DNA of 64,000 nucleotides from positions 361,114-425,113 of the forward strand of contig LCLP01000001.1 in assembly GCA_001002135.1 (NCBI GenBank), read 5' to 3'. Under the pieces are notes generated by a model, which worked only from the letters and a program-made list of their open reading frames with translations, made no database searches and had not been told where the DNA came from. Shown one piece after another: positions 38,570-49,278 of this stretch; within the stretch, counting starts at the first letter, position 1; each line of letters starts with the position of its first letter. Position numbers and translations under genes: made by a program. This DNA is from Candidatus Pacebacteria bacterium GW2011_GWA1_46_10 (GTDB lineage Bacteria > Patescibacteriota > Microgenomatia > UBA1400 > PJMF01).

Positions 38570-39915
38570 TGAAACTGAAAGAAAAGATTTTACTCGTTCT
38601 GATTTTGGCGACAGCGTTTTTCCTGCGGGTGTGGCGTTATTATGATTTTCCGGTGGGTGGGGAGACCGCGGATGAAAGTGCATGGACGCTTTTAGGGGCA
38701 AGCCTGATTCAAGAACGGGTGCCGGCTTCATGGTCTTATTTTTTGCCCTACGAAAATTATCATTATGTGGAAGGGCTGTTTGATGCCCCGATTGTCCGGC
38801 CAGCACTTGACCATCCCCCACTCTTCTCGCTTGTACCGGGAACGGCCCATAGTTTAAAATCATTTTGGTTAGACTCCCCTTCTTTTAAAGTTATTCGCTT
38901 ACCGATGGTGCTACTGGGTACGCTTAATGTTTTGTTATTTTGGTTCGTGGTGAGGCAAATTTTCGCTCAGACAAAGTGGGTGGTCTTGGCTACTGCACTC
39001 TTTGCCACGATACCAACAATTGTTTTTGGCAGTCGGCTGGTAGTGGCCGAAAACTTGCTTATTACTTGGATTTTGTTGGCGATGCTGTTGGTTTTTCGCC
39101 GGCCGACCAAGCAACGAACTCTGTGGTTAGTACTAATCAGTATTGCCGCCGTGCTCACAAAGGTGGCAGGGTTGATCGTGCCTATTTCTTTATTGGTGTA
39201 TGGTTTGCTCACTCGACAAAAAATCGTTGCCCGGACTGGGGTAGTTGGCGGCTTACTTGGTATTGGTTTATTTGCTTTCTATGGGGTGGTGTATAACTGG
39301 CCGCTTTTTGTGGCAGTGGTGGCAATTCAGTCAACCAGAGCATTAGGCTTGGCCACCTTACAAAATCGGTTGTTTCTTAATCCAGTGCTAGTCAAACACA
39401 TTTTTTTCGACGGTTGGCAAGTAATGGGAATCATGGCTGCGGTGGCTTTGCTTTTGCATCGATCAAACGACAAAAAACTGCTGTTAGCTCATATTTTTAC
39501 AGTAGCGTCACTGTTGTTTATTGCTCTCAGCGTGGGTGAAAGTACTTTTCATGGTTGGTATGACTTTGTTTTGTGGCCAAGTTTAATAATCAGTTTAGCC
39601 GGTTTTCTCAAGATACTGTTCGAAACAAGCAATACACTGTTGTTCGGCATCTTCTGGCTAATGACGCTGCCGGTCATGCGCTTGGCGCTCGTTTTCACTG
39701 ACCAGTATGAGCACCTTGCTGGTTGGTTGGTAAGAGTAATGATTGGGTTAGGTTTTTTGCCGCTGTTGTGGCAGACGCTTGACCGACAAAAACTAGTGAG
39801 AATAACTCCTTGGTTGTTATTGATAGGTCTGCTGGGGTTCAACGTGGTGACGATTCTTACCGTCTCGCACGAAGCTTACTGGGTGCAGGCCGCTTTTTTT
39901 GAGTTGCCTTTATAA
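38569..39915 (+). CDS. GT-C (PMT/ArnT-like) membrane glycosyltransferase
   Basis: ADE, LDHPPLF and LTK motifs; multi-TM. Confidence 0.78.
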   Translation: MKLKEKILLVLILATAFFLRVWRYYDFPVGGETADESAWTLLGASLIQERVPASWSYFLPYENYHYVEGLFDAPIVRPALDHPPLFSLVPGTAHSLKSFWLDSPSFKVIRLPMVLLGTLNVLLFWFVVRQIFAQTKWVVLATALFATIPTIVFGSRLVVAENLLITWILLAMLLVFRRPTKQRTLWLVLISIAAVLTKVAGLIVPISLLVYGLLTRQKIVARTGVVGGLLGIGLFAFYGVVYNWPLFVAVVAIQSTRALGLATLQNRLFLNPVLVKHIFFDGWQVMGIMAAVALLLHRSNDKKLLLAHIFTVASLLFIALSVGESTFHGWYDFVLWPSLIISLAGFLKILFETSNTLLFGIFWLMTLPVMRLALVFTDQYEHLAGWLVRVMIGLGFLPLLWQTLDRQKLVRITPWLLLIGLLGFNVVTILTVSHEAYWVQAAFFELPL

Positions 39916-40990
39916 AATGTTTTGATCCCCAGACGCTTAAAATGGCCCAAAATGGCAAAAGTGGAATAAGATACCGAGCATATGAAGCTGAACCAAAAGC
40001 GTAGTAGATCATCATCGCTTGAGCGTACCCGTAGAGGGTGAGAGCGTATTTATTTTGGCGAAAGAGAAAAACTCCGCTCAAAAGTTGCACGACAAACATC
40101 AGTGGCCAACTTAAAGACCAGCCGTAAGCAATTTCGGTCGCGACCGCTGCCCACCACCCCTTGAATTGACCAGTAAAAAGAGTTTGGAAGATCAGAAACT
40201 TTGGTTGGTTCCGACCCTCGATCCACCAGTGAAAACGGAACAGTTCAAACCGGATGAAGTCAAGGGGGTTGGGGTGATGGACAAAGTAAACCAGATAGGT
40301 TGCTAAATAGGTGAGTATGGCTGCCACTGAGCCAACCACAAAAGCCTTTATGTTTCGCTCGCTCAGACTCCACAGCAGCATAATCAGGAAGAATAAGCCA
40401 ACCGTCGGGAATAAATACTTGATACTACTGAGTAAGCCCAGCGTGATGCCCGCCCATAAGTATTTTTTTCGGTGGTTTGAGAACAAACAAGTAAAAAAGC
40501 CGAGAATAGCTACCAGCTGCGGGAAGTCCAAGAGCGGCTCGCTCACGTGATCATGTAGAATAGCCAAGTTGCCGACAATGACCACGGTGATCAGGGCAAA
40601 ATTTGTATCACGGATCACTCTCCAAGCTAAATAGTAAACCATCACTAAAGCAGCAGCGAACAAGACAAGATTGAGGAGAGCCGGATTGCCCGTCAGTAAG
40701 TAAGAGAAGCCAATCCAGTATTTGGCCAGCGGTGGGTGCTCAAAGTTGATGTTGGTGGGATCCTCACCCTTAATGTAGGTGTACCCGGCGTAGGTGTATA
40801 AAGTGGCGTCATCTATTTTGTTGCGCGCCGCTTCGCCGCGCACATACTGTGACCGGCTGTACTGACGACCCTCAAACTCAATCATGGTTGGTGAAAAGAA
40901 TTTTTGTGGATGCTTCAGGATTGGCACTGCTGTTAAAACCAAGACAAATAACCACAGTATTTTGGGAAATGATTTGAGAGCCTTTGACAT
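39857..40990 (-). CDS. GT-C (PMT-like) membrane glycosyltransferase
   Basis: DD..LY..AG, NFEHPPLAKY, LLD and RYL.P motifs. Confidence 0.75.
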   Translation of the reverse strand: MSKALKSFPKILWLFVLVLTAVPILKHPQKFFSPTMIEFEGRQYSRSQYVRGEAARNKIDDATLYTYAGYTYIKGEDPTNINFEHPPLAKYWIGFSYLLTGNPALLNLVLFAAALVMVYYLAWRVIRDTNFALITVVIVGNLAILHDHVSEPLLDFPQLVAILGFFTCLFSNHRKKYLWAGITLGLLSSIKYLFPTVGLFFLIMLLWSLSERNIKAFVVGSVAAILTYLATYLVYFVHHPNPLDFIRFELFRFHWWIEGRNQPKFLIFQTLFTGQFKGWWAAVATEIAYGWSLSWPLMFVVQLLSGVFLFRQNKYALTLYGYAQAMMIYYAFGSASYARYLIPLLPFWAILSVWGSKHFIKATQKKRPAPSKLRARR

Positions 40991-41292
40991 GAGTGTAGTT
41001 TTGGCCTGTGAAGCACCAATTGTCAATAATTGGAAACTGAATCACAGGAAGATACCTCGTTTTTTTATTAAGGTGATCTTAAAGTGATTTACGGTATTGT
41101 ACTCTTTTGATATAGATTTATATATACAGAAAAATCAGATTGATTTTTTGAAAAATAATGGAAATATTTTAAAAATAGTTCAGCAAATTTACCACCAGAC
41201 GGTAAATGATTTGATTGGGCTTTTTTTGCTTTTCTGCTTGATCAAACTCGTTGTCAGTTTATCTCGGGGTGAAAAAACAGTACAATAGGCTC

Positions 41293-42201
41293 ATGGCACA
41301 CCATAAACTCTCAGTGGTGATTCACACCAAAAATGCCGCTGAGACGATTGAAAGAGCTTTGCGGTCAGTCGAGTTTGCCGATGAGAAAGTCATCATCGAC
41401 ATGCACAGCACTGATCAGACAGTGAAACTGGCCAAGCGGTTTACCAAACGCATTTACCTCCATCATGACGTCGGCTACGCTGATCCGGCCAGAAACTTTG
41501 GCCTGAAAAAAGCTCGGTTTGACTGGATTTTAGTGTTGGATGCCGATGAGAAGGTTTCACCTGAATTGCGGGCAGTAATTGAAGCTACTTTGGCCGAGCC
41601 CAAAGCAGATGTGTATTATTTGCCGCGCCAAAACTTTGTCTTTGGCCAATGGATTTTGCGGACCGGTTGGTGGCCAGACTATCAACCGCGTTTGTTTAAA
41701 AGGGGGACTGTTTCTTGGCAAATTGGGGTCCACCGGTTGCCTGATATCATAGGGTCTGTGGCGTATTTTCCGGCCGAAGAGCGATTTGCGTTAACTCATT
41801 ATAACTACACCACGGTCGCTCAGTTTATTGATCGATTGAACGCGTATACAACACTGCAAGCTCAGGAAAGACTGGCCGCTTCACCTCAAGATCATTTTTC
41901 CACCAGAGAGTTGCTGGAGATTTTTGGTGGCGAGTTTGCCAAACGCGCCCTGACTTTGGATGGTGTCCAAGATGGTTTTCATGGTGTGTCGCTGTCTTTA
42001 CTCCAAGCGATGTATGAGTCGGTGGTGTACCTTAAGCAGTGGGAAGAGAAAGGCTTTAGCCAAGCTGGGTCGGGGGATTTTGGCGCGGCTTTGACTCGAG
42101 TACAGCAAGTGTGGCGTTATTGGTGGGCCGATTACATGGTCCGGCAAACGGGAGGAATCAAACAGTGGTACTGGCGGGTGCGCCGGAAACTGATGGTGTG
42201 A
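41293..42201 (+). CDS. GT2 glycosyltransferase (WaaE/KdtX-like)
   Basis: SVVI.TKN, D..STD.T, LDADE and GWWPDY..RLF motifs. Confidence 0.88.
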   Translation: MAHHKLSVVIHTKNAAETIERALRSVEFADEKVIIDMHSTDQTVKLAKRFTKRIYLHHDVGYADPARNFGLKKARFDWILVLDADEKVSPELRAVIEATLAEPKADVYYLPRQNFVFGQWILRTGWWPDYQPRLFKRGTVSWQIGVHRLPDIIGSVAYFPAEERFALTHYNYTTVAQFIDRLNAYTTLQAQERLAASPQDHFSTRELLEIFGGEFAKRALTLDGVQDGFHGVSLSLLQAMYESVVYLKQWEEKGFSQAGSGDFGAALTRVQQVWRYWWADYMVRQTGGIKQWYWRVRRKLMV

Positions 42202-42207
42202 TTATTT

Positions 42208-43941
42208 ATGGAGCATTTCATACAAAAATATCAGAGATGGATCTTGGGACTGATCATTATCTTGGCAGTCTTTGTTCGTTTTTATCAGCTTGGCCAGGTG
42301 CCCATTGAGTTGACTCGCGATGAGGCCTCGCTGGGGTTTACTGCTTTTTCCTTACTCGAAACCGGTCGTGAAGAGCATGGCACTTTCTGGCCGGTACAGA
42401 TTGAGTCTTTTGGCGATTGGAAATTGCCGCTGTATGTCTATACTTTGATTCCGTTTATCAAGCTTTTTGGGTTGACGATGTGGTCTGTCCGGCTGCCAAG
42501 CGCTTTGGCAGGAGTGAGTATCGTTGTGAGTAGTTTTTACCTTGTTTCACTGCTGACTCAAGACAAGAAGTATCGACTGTGGCTGAAACTTGGTGTACCA
42601 CTTCTCTTGGCTGTTTCGCCCTGGGCGGTTCATTTTGGCCACGTGGCGTATGAAGCGCACCTGTCCTTGGCTGTTTTCTTGTGGGGGCTAGTCGGCGTTT
42701 TAACCGTGATTCGGGATTTTGAGGCCCACCAACAACGGCGGCTGGGGCGTTTGATTAGTTCACTGTGTCTTTGGTCGCTGACTCTCTTGGGCTATCACGC
42801 TTACCAAGTATTTGTGCCGCTGTTGGTGGTGTTTGTTGGCTGGGTGTATTGGTCGACGTGGCGGCGGTTTTTCGGGGTAAAACGAAGGTTGCTGTTTGGC
42901 GTGGCCGCGCCTTTTGTGATAGTTGGGTTGTTACTATTGGGGAGTGGGGCGCAGGGAGCAAATCAAGTAAAGTTCAGCGGGCTTTCGATCTTTAGTTTAG
43001 AAGCTTACACCAAAGTGGTGGATAGTGCTCGAAAAGCTTTCAGTGATCCAAGCAACCCCTTTTTTGTTTTAGCGGCTAATAAAGTCGGTGCATTTTTTGA
43101 ACAAGTGCAAACAAATTTTTTCCGATTGATCTCACCAGAATTTTTGTTTTTACAGGGTGGAGCAAATCACGGCCACAATATTACAGGATTTGGAAATTTT
43201 TATCCTCTAATATTTTTCGGTCTGGTAGTTGGGATAGCTTCAATTATTATAGAACGTAAACAATGGTTGTATTTATTGGGCAGTTGGGTGGTAGCGGCCA
43301 GTGTGGCCCCGATGATTACTTTTGAGGCTAATCACACTACCCGTTTTTCGCCTGGATTTGTGGTGCTAGAAATTCTCTCGGTCTATGGTTGGGTTAAAAT
43401 AATCAAAACTGTCCGAAAAACACTTGGCAAAGTATGGCTGATGTTATTTTTATCGGCTCTTACTCTAGGCCTATCCTATAGTGTGTATCGTTTCTTGATT
43501 CATTATTATTTTGTTTTTCCGGTTCGAGATGCTCAATATTGGTTGTGGCAGATTAAACCGATTGTTTATTTTGTTAATGAGGTGAAAGCAGACTATGATG
43601 CAGTTTACATTCAAGATGAGAAATATTCGCCCTATACCTATTTTTTGTTTTACGAACCAGGCAATCCAGCTCAACTTTCACAGCGGATCGAGTATTACCC
43701 GGCAGATTTTGAGGGTTTTCGTCATGTGAGACGGCTCGATAACATCTATTTCCAAACCATTAATTGGGATGATCAATTGCTGTATGCTGACCAAAAAGTA
43801 TTGTTTGTAGTGGAAGAAAATAAAATGCCTGAACACCTTTCTTCACGATCGACTACAAAGCTCTTGATGACTTTAAAGCATGAATGGGTCCCAAAAGGTG
43901 TTGAAGTTTGGGAGTATCAGGGTTTATCTCTGGAAAAATAG
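42208..43941 (+). CDS. GT-C (ArnT/PMT-like) glycosyltransferase, paralog 1 of 5
   Basis: RFYQL..VP....DEAS.G..A...TG.EE.G and SFGDWKLP motifs. Confidence 0.82.
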   Translation: MEHFIQKYQRWILGLIIILAVFVRFYQLGQVPIELTRDEASLGFTAFSLLETGREEHGTFWPVQIESFGDWKLPLYVYTLIPFIKLFGLTMWSVRLPSALAGVSIVVSSFYLVSLLTQDKKYRLWLKLGVPLLLAVSPWAVHFGHVAYEAHLSLAVFLWGLVGVLTVIRDFEAHQQRRLGRLISSLCLWSLTLLGYHAYQVFVPLLVVFVGWVYWSTWRRFFGVKRRLLFGVAAPFVIVGLLLLGSGAQGANQVKFSGLSIFSLEAYTKVVDSARKAFSDPSNPFFVLAANKVGAFFEQVQTNFFRLISPEFLFLQGGANHGHNITGFGNFYPLIFFGLVVGIASIIIERKQWLYLLGSWVVAASVAPMITFEANHTTRFSPGFVVLEILSVYGWVKIIKTVRKTLGKVWLMLFLSALTLGLSYSVYRFLIHYYFVFPVRDAQYWLWQIKPIVYFVNEVKADYDAVYIQDEKYSPYTYFLFYEPGNPAQLSQRIEYYPADFEGFRHVRRLDNIYFQTINWDDQLLYADQKVLFVVEENKMPEHLSSRSTTKLLMTLKHEWVPKGVEVWEYQGLSLEK

Positions 43942-43956
43942 TATAATAAAGCCGAC

Positions 43957-44874
43957 ATGGAACACTTAACGACTATCATTGTCAATTACAACACCCCCAA
44001 AGAAACTGAGTTAGCGATTCGCTCGGCGGTTAATGCCACGGCGGAAGATTTTACCCATCAAGTGATCGTGGTTGATAACGGTTCCAAGGAGCCGCTGCGA
44101 CTGCCTAAAGATTTACGGAAAGCCAAAGTAGAATTGATTAGAAGTGAGTCAAATCTTGGTTTTACTGGTGGTAACAACCTTGGGATGAGCCACGCGGTCA
44201 AACAATACCAAACTGACTATTTTTTACTTTTAAACTCTGATGCCATCGTGGAAAAACAGGCCATTCAAGCCCTTTACAATGCACTGAAAGCTGATCCTAA
44301 GACTGGCATTGCTGTATCAAAAATCTACTTTACTCCAGGTTTAGAGTTTCACCGAAAAAGTTATAAAAAGTCAGAGCGAGGAAAAGTGTTGTGGTTTGCT
44401 GGCGGCAGTATTGATTGGGCGAATATAGCCGCTTTTCATCGCGGAGTAGATGAGGTGGATCGGGGACAATATGATGAGCAAAAGAGCTGTGACTTTGCCA
44501 CGGGTTGCGCGCTCTTAGTCAAAAGAGTGGTGACTGAACACGTTGGGATCTTGGATAAACGCTTTTTTTTGTACGCTGAGGATGTTGACTTCAGTTTAAG
44601 AGTGAGAAAGGCTGGGTATAAAATTGTTTTTGTGCCTCGGTCAATAGTGTGGCACATGAATAGCGGTTCGGTGGCTGGCGGAGCTGGTTCCAAAACACAA
44701 CAATATTACCAAACTCGCAACCGCTTACTTTTGGCCGCCAAACACGGTAGCTGGCGCCAGCGTTTAACGGGTTTACGACTAGCCTTTCAAACACTTACTC
44801 GAGGGAATGACGCGGAACGGAAAGGGGTGGTTGATTTCTTTTTACTCCGTTATGGGAAACAGCCAATTGTATGA
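43957..44874 (+). CDS. GT2 glycosyltransferase (rhamnosyltransferase-like)
   Basis: IVNYN, VDNGS, NLGF.GGNN, LLNSD and FFLY.EDVD motifs. Confidence 0.88.
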   Translation: MEHLTTIIVNYNTPKETELAIRSAVNATAEDFTHQVIVVDNGSKEPLRLPKDLRKAKVELIRSESNLGFTGGNNLGMSHAVKQYQTDYFLLLNSDAIVEKQAIQALYNALKADPKTGIAVSKIYFTPGLEFHRKSYKKSERGKVLWFAGGSIDWANIAAFHRGVDEVDRGQYDEQKSCDFATGCALLVKRVVTEHVGILDKRFFLYAEDVDFSLRVRKAGYKIVFVPRSIVWHMNSGSVAGGAGSKTQQYYQTRNRLLLAAKHGSWRQRLTGLRLAFQTLTRGNDAERKGVVDFFLLRYGKQPIV

Positions 44875-45692
44875 AAGTCAACGTCACGGCCATTATTATT
44901 GCTCGCAATGAAGCAGCGATGATTACTGAGTGTCTTCGCACCTTGAGTTGGTGTCGCGAGGTTTTAGTCATTGATGACAGTTCCACTGATCAAACCGCCC
45001 AGCAGGCAGAAAACTTAGGGGCGCGTGTTGTAGAGTTTTCTCATCCCTCATTTGCTCGTAAACGTAATGAAGCGCTCAAACACGCTCAGGGGGACTGGCT
45101 ATTTTATATTGATGCAGACGAGCGAGTGACCCCCACTTTGGCTAAAGAAATTCTGGTTCATATCGAGACTGACGCTGCGCCGGTGCTACGACTGGCGCGG
45201 GAAAACTTTGCCTATGGCCATCTTTTCCAACACGGTGGGTGGCAAAGAGATTTTGTCACTCGGGTGTTTAAAAAAAACGCTTTACAAAGGTGGACGGGTG
45301 AGATTCATGAAAGTCCACAATTTATTGGAGCAGTAAAAACCCTTCGTTCGCCACTATTGCACCTTACGCACCGCAGTACTGAGGAAAACTTACGCAAATC
45401 TGCTGATTGGACTAAATTGGAAGCAGAGTTGTTGTACAAAGCGGGCGAAAAGCCAGTGACGTTTTTTACCCTGCTTCGCAAAGGAGGAATGGAATTTTTC
45501 CGTCGAGCTATTATTCAGCGGGGGTACCGTGACGGTTTGGCCGGTCTGATTGAGGCGTTGGCACAAGGCATCAACCGCGTTACTGTCTATATTCAAGTTT
45601 GGGAACTCCAACAAAAACCACCCTTGTCCGAGCGCTATCAAAAAAAAGATCAAGAGTTGAGGCAATGGTGGCGGAAAGAAAAAGGAATTTAA
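44871..45692 (+). CDS. GT2 glycosyltransferase (WaaE/KdtX-like)
   Basis: ARNE, DD.STD.T, IDADER and IHE motifs. Confidence 0.88.
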   Translation: MKVNVTAIIIARNEAAMITECLRTLSWCREVLVIDDSSTDQTAQQAENLGARVVEFSHPSFARKRNEALKHAQGDWLFYIDADERVTPTLAKEILVHIETDAAPVLRLARENFAYGHLFQHGGWQRDFVTRVFKKNALQRWTGEIHESPQFIGAVKTLRSPLLHLTHRSTEENLRKSADWTKLEAELLYKAGEKPVTFFTLLRKGGMEFFRRAIIQRGYRDGLAGLIEALAQGINRVTVYIQVWELQQKPPLSERYQKKDQELRQWWRKEKGI

Positions 45693-45696
45693 CGGT

Positions 45697-46818
45697 ATGC
45701 GTTTTTGTCTCTATTCGCCTTATTTCCCCAAACACTTTGGCGGCGGAGAAAAATATTTACTTGATGTTGCCCAAGTGCTGGCTCATTATGGGCAGGTAGA
45801 GCTGGCAGTGGCTGGCAGTGAACTTGATGAAGCGAAAGCGCGGCGTATCTTCAAGCAGTACGAACGTTTTATGGGTCAATCGCTTCATCAATTGCGCTTG
45901 GTGAACTCGCCGTTAGGCACCACCGCTTCGTTCTGGCGAAAGCTTCGGTGGACCAGACAATACGACTTGTTGTATTACCTGACCGATGGGAGTTTTTTTC
46001 TCAGTTGGGCTCGGCGTAACGTGATGCATATTCAGGTGCCACTGACTCGAGCCCCGCTTACCCCATGGGAAAGAGTGAAAAGACTTTCTTGGCATTTTAT
46101 TAATACCAACTCTATTTTTACGAAACAAACTGTGGAGAAATATTGGCATTTGCCGGTTAACGCAGTTCATTGGCCAATGGTTGATGTGGTGCAGTTTCAA
46201 CTGTTGTCAGAGCAACTCAAAAAAGAAAATATTATTCTGCACGTTGGTCGTTTTTTTCGGCAAATGCACAGTAAACGACAAGACGTTTTAGTGCGTTTTT
46301 TTGCCCACCTCCTTGAGCGCTATCCTCAGGAGAGTCGTGGGTGGAAACTAGTGCTGGTTGGCGCGGTTGAAGACAGAGAATTTGCCAAAGAAGTGAAAGC
46401 TGCGGCTCGCGGACTACCGGTGACGATAGTTCATAGTGTTTCGCGCTTAGAGCTTGATCGTTGGTACGCTCGAGCTAAGATTTATTGGCACGCGACTGGC
46501 TATGGGGCCTCCGAAGAGAAATATCCAGCGAAGATGGAACATTTTGGTATCAGTACGGTAGAAGCGATGGCCAGTGGAGCGGTGCCAGTGGTGATCGGCA
46601 AAGGCGGCCAGCCGGAAATACTCGGTAAGGAGTTAAAGGAGTTGTTGTGGCAAGATGAAAAAACGTGCCTTGAAAAGACAGTCGAACTTATGAACAATAC
46701 GGCTAAACTCGCTTTACTCGCTCAGAAAGCCCAAGTTCGCTCACAGCGTTTTGGGCCACAGGCGTTTGAAGACAACGTAGTAGCCATGTTAGGCAAATTA
46801 GGGCTTTTGGTGTCATAA
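45697..46818 (+). CDS. GT4 glycosyltransferase
   Basis: GGGEKY, VGRFF, K.Q and EHFGI..VEAMASG motifs. Confidence 0.9.
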   Translation: MRFCLYSPYFPKHFGGGEKYLLDVAQVLAHYGQVELAVAGSELDEAKARRIFKQYERFMGQSLHQLRLVNSPLGTTASFWRKLRWTRQYDLLYYLTDGSFFLSWARRNVMHIQVPLTRAPLTPWERVKRLSWHFINTNSIFTKQTVEKYWHLPVNAVHWPMVDVVQFQLLSEQLKKENIILHVGRFFRQMHSKRQDVLVRFFAHLLERYPQESRGWKLVLVGAVEDREFAKEVKAAARGLPVTIVHSVSRLELDRWYARAKIYWHATGYGASEEKYPAKMEHFGISTVEAMASGAVPVVIGKGGQPEILGKELKELLWQDEKTCLEKTVELMNNTAKLALLAQKAQVRSQRFGPQAFEDNVVAMLGKLGLLVS

Positions 46819-46821
46819 AGT

Positions 46822-47676
46822 ATGTCAACATCACTTTCACCTGTTTCCGCTGTCATTCCGACCTATAACGGCCGGCGGTTATTGGCAAAGCACCTGCCGG
46901 CAGTTTTTGCTTGTTTGAGCAATGGTGATGAATTAGTCATCGTGGAAGACGCTGGCCCAGATGATACAGTGCCTTGGACAACCAAGCAGTTTCGGTTACG
47001 AGCCGCTCGTGCACCCATTGCCGGCGTGAATGTCTCTCGTGGCAATTACACCAGTGGTCGCAAAAAAATAGCAGTGACCTTAGTCGTCAATCAACAAAAC
47101 CAACGGTTTGGGGAGACCTCGAATCGCGGAGTAAAAGTGGCCAAGCACCCGTTAATTTTTCTTATTAACAGTGATGTGGCCCCCAGAAAGACGGCCTTGA
47201 AGTATTTGGTGCCGTATTTTAAAGACCAGACTGTTTTTGCGGTTGGACTCTTGGAAAATGAACATGGCAAAAAAAGCGGGAAAAATAAATTGTGGTTTGA
47301 AAGAGGTATGTTTATTCATGCCAAGGCAGATAATTTTAAAGCCGGTCCTACGGCGTGGGTGAGTGGCGGCAGTGGTTTGTATAGTCAAGAAAAATGGTTG
47401 GAGATCGGCGGTTTTGACCGACTATTTTACCCGGCGTATTGGGAGGATATTGATCTCTCATTTCAAGCGCGCAAACGCGGTTGGCAAGTGCTTTTTGAGC
47501 CGAAAGCGGTGGTCGATCACAACCACGAAACGACGAATATTACTGTGTTTGGTCAGCGAAAAATGGAACAAATGAGTTGGCGCAATGCCAGTAAGTTTGT
47601 TTGGAAAAATGGAGATTTTTGGCAAAAGTTAGCCCACCTTTTATGGAAACCATACTGGTGGATTATCCGAAGTTAA
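46822..47676 (+). CDS. GT2 glycosyltransferase
   Basis: IPTYNG, INSD and GGFD..F.PAYWEDIDL motifs. Confidence 0.88.
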   Translation: MSTSLSPVSAVIPTYNGRRLLAKHLPAVFACLSNGDELVIVEDAGPDDTVPWTTKQFRLRAARAPIAGVNVSRGNYTSGRKKIAVTLVVNQQNQRFGETSNRGVKVAKHPLIFLINSDVAPRKTALKYLVPYFKDQTVFAVGLLENEHGKKSGKNKLWFERGMFIHAKADNFKAGPTAWVSGGSGLYSQEKWLEIGGFDRLFYPAYWEDIDLSFQARKRGWQVLFEPKAVVDHNHETTNITVFGQRKMEQMSWRNASKFVWKNGDFWQKLAHLLWKPYWWIIRS

Positions 47677-49278
47677 ATGAAAAAACCGTGGCTACGCTTT
47701 GAGTTGACCAACAAACAATATTGGTGGGGGATAGGAGGAGTATTGTTGTTAGCGGCGGTTTTGCGGTTTTACCAGCTAGGCCAAGTGCCCCATGGCATGA
47801 CGTGGGATGAGGCTGCCATTGGCTATAACGGTTTTGCGATTTTTACTACCCGGCGTGATGAATGGCTTACCCGACTGCCGGTGTCGTTTTGGTCTTTTGG
47901 TGACTATAAGGCACCTCTGGCGATTTATGTGAATGGTCTCTTTACCGCTGTGTTTGGCATGACTTTATGGGCAGTGCGAGTGCCGTTTGCCTTGAGCGGG
48001 GTGGGGGTAGTGCTGGGAATGATTTATTTGACGCGAGTTGTTTTTGAACAAACAACCGAGAAACCCGGACGGATTCGTTTTTTGTCATTAGTGGCTGGTT
48101 TATTAATAGCTCTTTCACCCTGGCACCTGCATTTTTCCCGGATTGGTTTTGAATCAGGGATGGCGTTGTTATTTTACATTTGGGGAGGCTATTTTTTCTT
48201 AAAGGCTTTAACGGTGGGGAAACAGTGGCGAGTCACTGTCGATTTTCTGCTGTCAGTGATGAGTTTTGTGGCCAGTGTTTATACCTATCACAGTGCCAAG
48301 ATAGCGGCACCACTGTTCGTGTTTTGGTTGGTGATTCGGTATCGTCGTCAAGCGTTTAAGTATTGGCAAAATTTTGGGCTAGTTACTGTAGCTGGTCTGT
48401 TAGCTTTGCGTCCATTGATTGCTGACTCCTTTTATGGCAAAGGGTTAGAGCGAGCGGGGACGCTGATTGTTTCGCAAGGATATTCAGTGGCGAAAACAAT
48501 CCAGATTTTCTTGGCTCAATTTGCCACACACTTTTCGGCGTCATTTCTCCTACTGGGTGAGACAACCACTCTGCGCCACGGTGACGGGCGATGGGGAGTA
48601 CTTTTACCAACCACGTTGGTGTTGGTGTTATTGGCAGCGGTGTTTGGTTGGCGGAAAAAACAACTCCTTCAACCCTTTTGGTTTGGTATATGGCTGGTTT
48701 TAATCGGGATTTTGCCGGCGGCGCTGGCCATTGAGGTGCCGCACAGCAACCGCGCTTTACTGGCTCTGCCGGGATTTTTACTGCTGGCGATAGTTGGTCT
48801 GCGGTGGTTAATCACCAATCGATGGGCAGATGAGTGGAAAAAAATGGTGATAGGAGGTTTGGTGTTACTGCATGGTTTGTTTTTTGTCAGTTACCTGTAT
48901 CACTATTACACCTTGTTTGCCGCTCAGAGTGCGGCTGATTTTCAAGATGGCTATTTGGCAGCGTTTCGGTTTGCTCTCCCCTATGAAAGGGGAGAGGAGG
49001 GCAAACGTGAGGTCGATAAAATTATTTTTACCAGCGATTATGGTCAACCGTATATTTACGCGCTTTTTGTGAGACAAACCAATCCTATTTGGTATCAAGG
49101 TGGATCACTGGCTAAATATGAATTTAAAGATGAGGTGACGATCGGGGATTTAGAACGAGAAAATACACTGGTGGTCGCCAGCAACCAGGATGATTTACTT
49201 GGTGCTGGAACCAAGGCGGATAAAGTTATTAATGGCAGTGATGGCTCGCCGCGGTTTAGAATCTACTTACCAAAATGA
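47677..49278 (+). CDS. GT-C (ArnT/PMT-like) glycosyltransferase, paralog 2 of 5
   Basis: WDEAAIGYN, SFGDYKAP, SPWH..FSR..FE and PH..R motifs. Confidence 0.82.
   Translation: MKKPWLRFELTNKQYWWGIGGVLLLAAVLRFYQLGQVPHGMTWDEAAIGYNGFAIFTTRRDEWLTRLPVSFWSFGDYKAPLAIYVNGLFTAVFGMTLWAVRVPFALSGVGVVLGMIYLTRVVFEQTTEKPGRIRFLSLVAGLLIALSPWHLHFSRIGFESGMALLFYIWGGYFFLKALTVGKQWRVTVDFLLSVMSFVASVYTYHSAKIAAPLFVFWLVIRYRRQAFKYWQNFGLVTVAGLLALRPLIADSFYGKGLERAGTLIVSQGYSVAKTIQIFLAQFATHFSASFLLLGETTTLRHGDGRWGVLLPTTLVLVLLAAVFGWRKKQLLQPFWFGIWLVLIGILPAALAIEVPHSNRALLALPGFLLLAIVGLRWLITNRWADEWKKMVIGGLVLLHGLFFVSYLYHYYTLFAAQSAADFQDGYLAAFRFALPYERGEEGKREVDKIIFTSDYGQPYIYALFVRQTNPIWYQGGSLAKYEFKDEVTIGDLERENTLVVASNQDDLLGAGTKADKVINGSDGSPRFRIYLPK

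Noticed and set aside
41097-41288. 63-aa ORF in the AT-rich gap
   Set aside because: TTG start, no recognisable motif, and it overlaps the downstream promoter; probably spurious.
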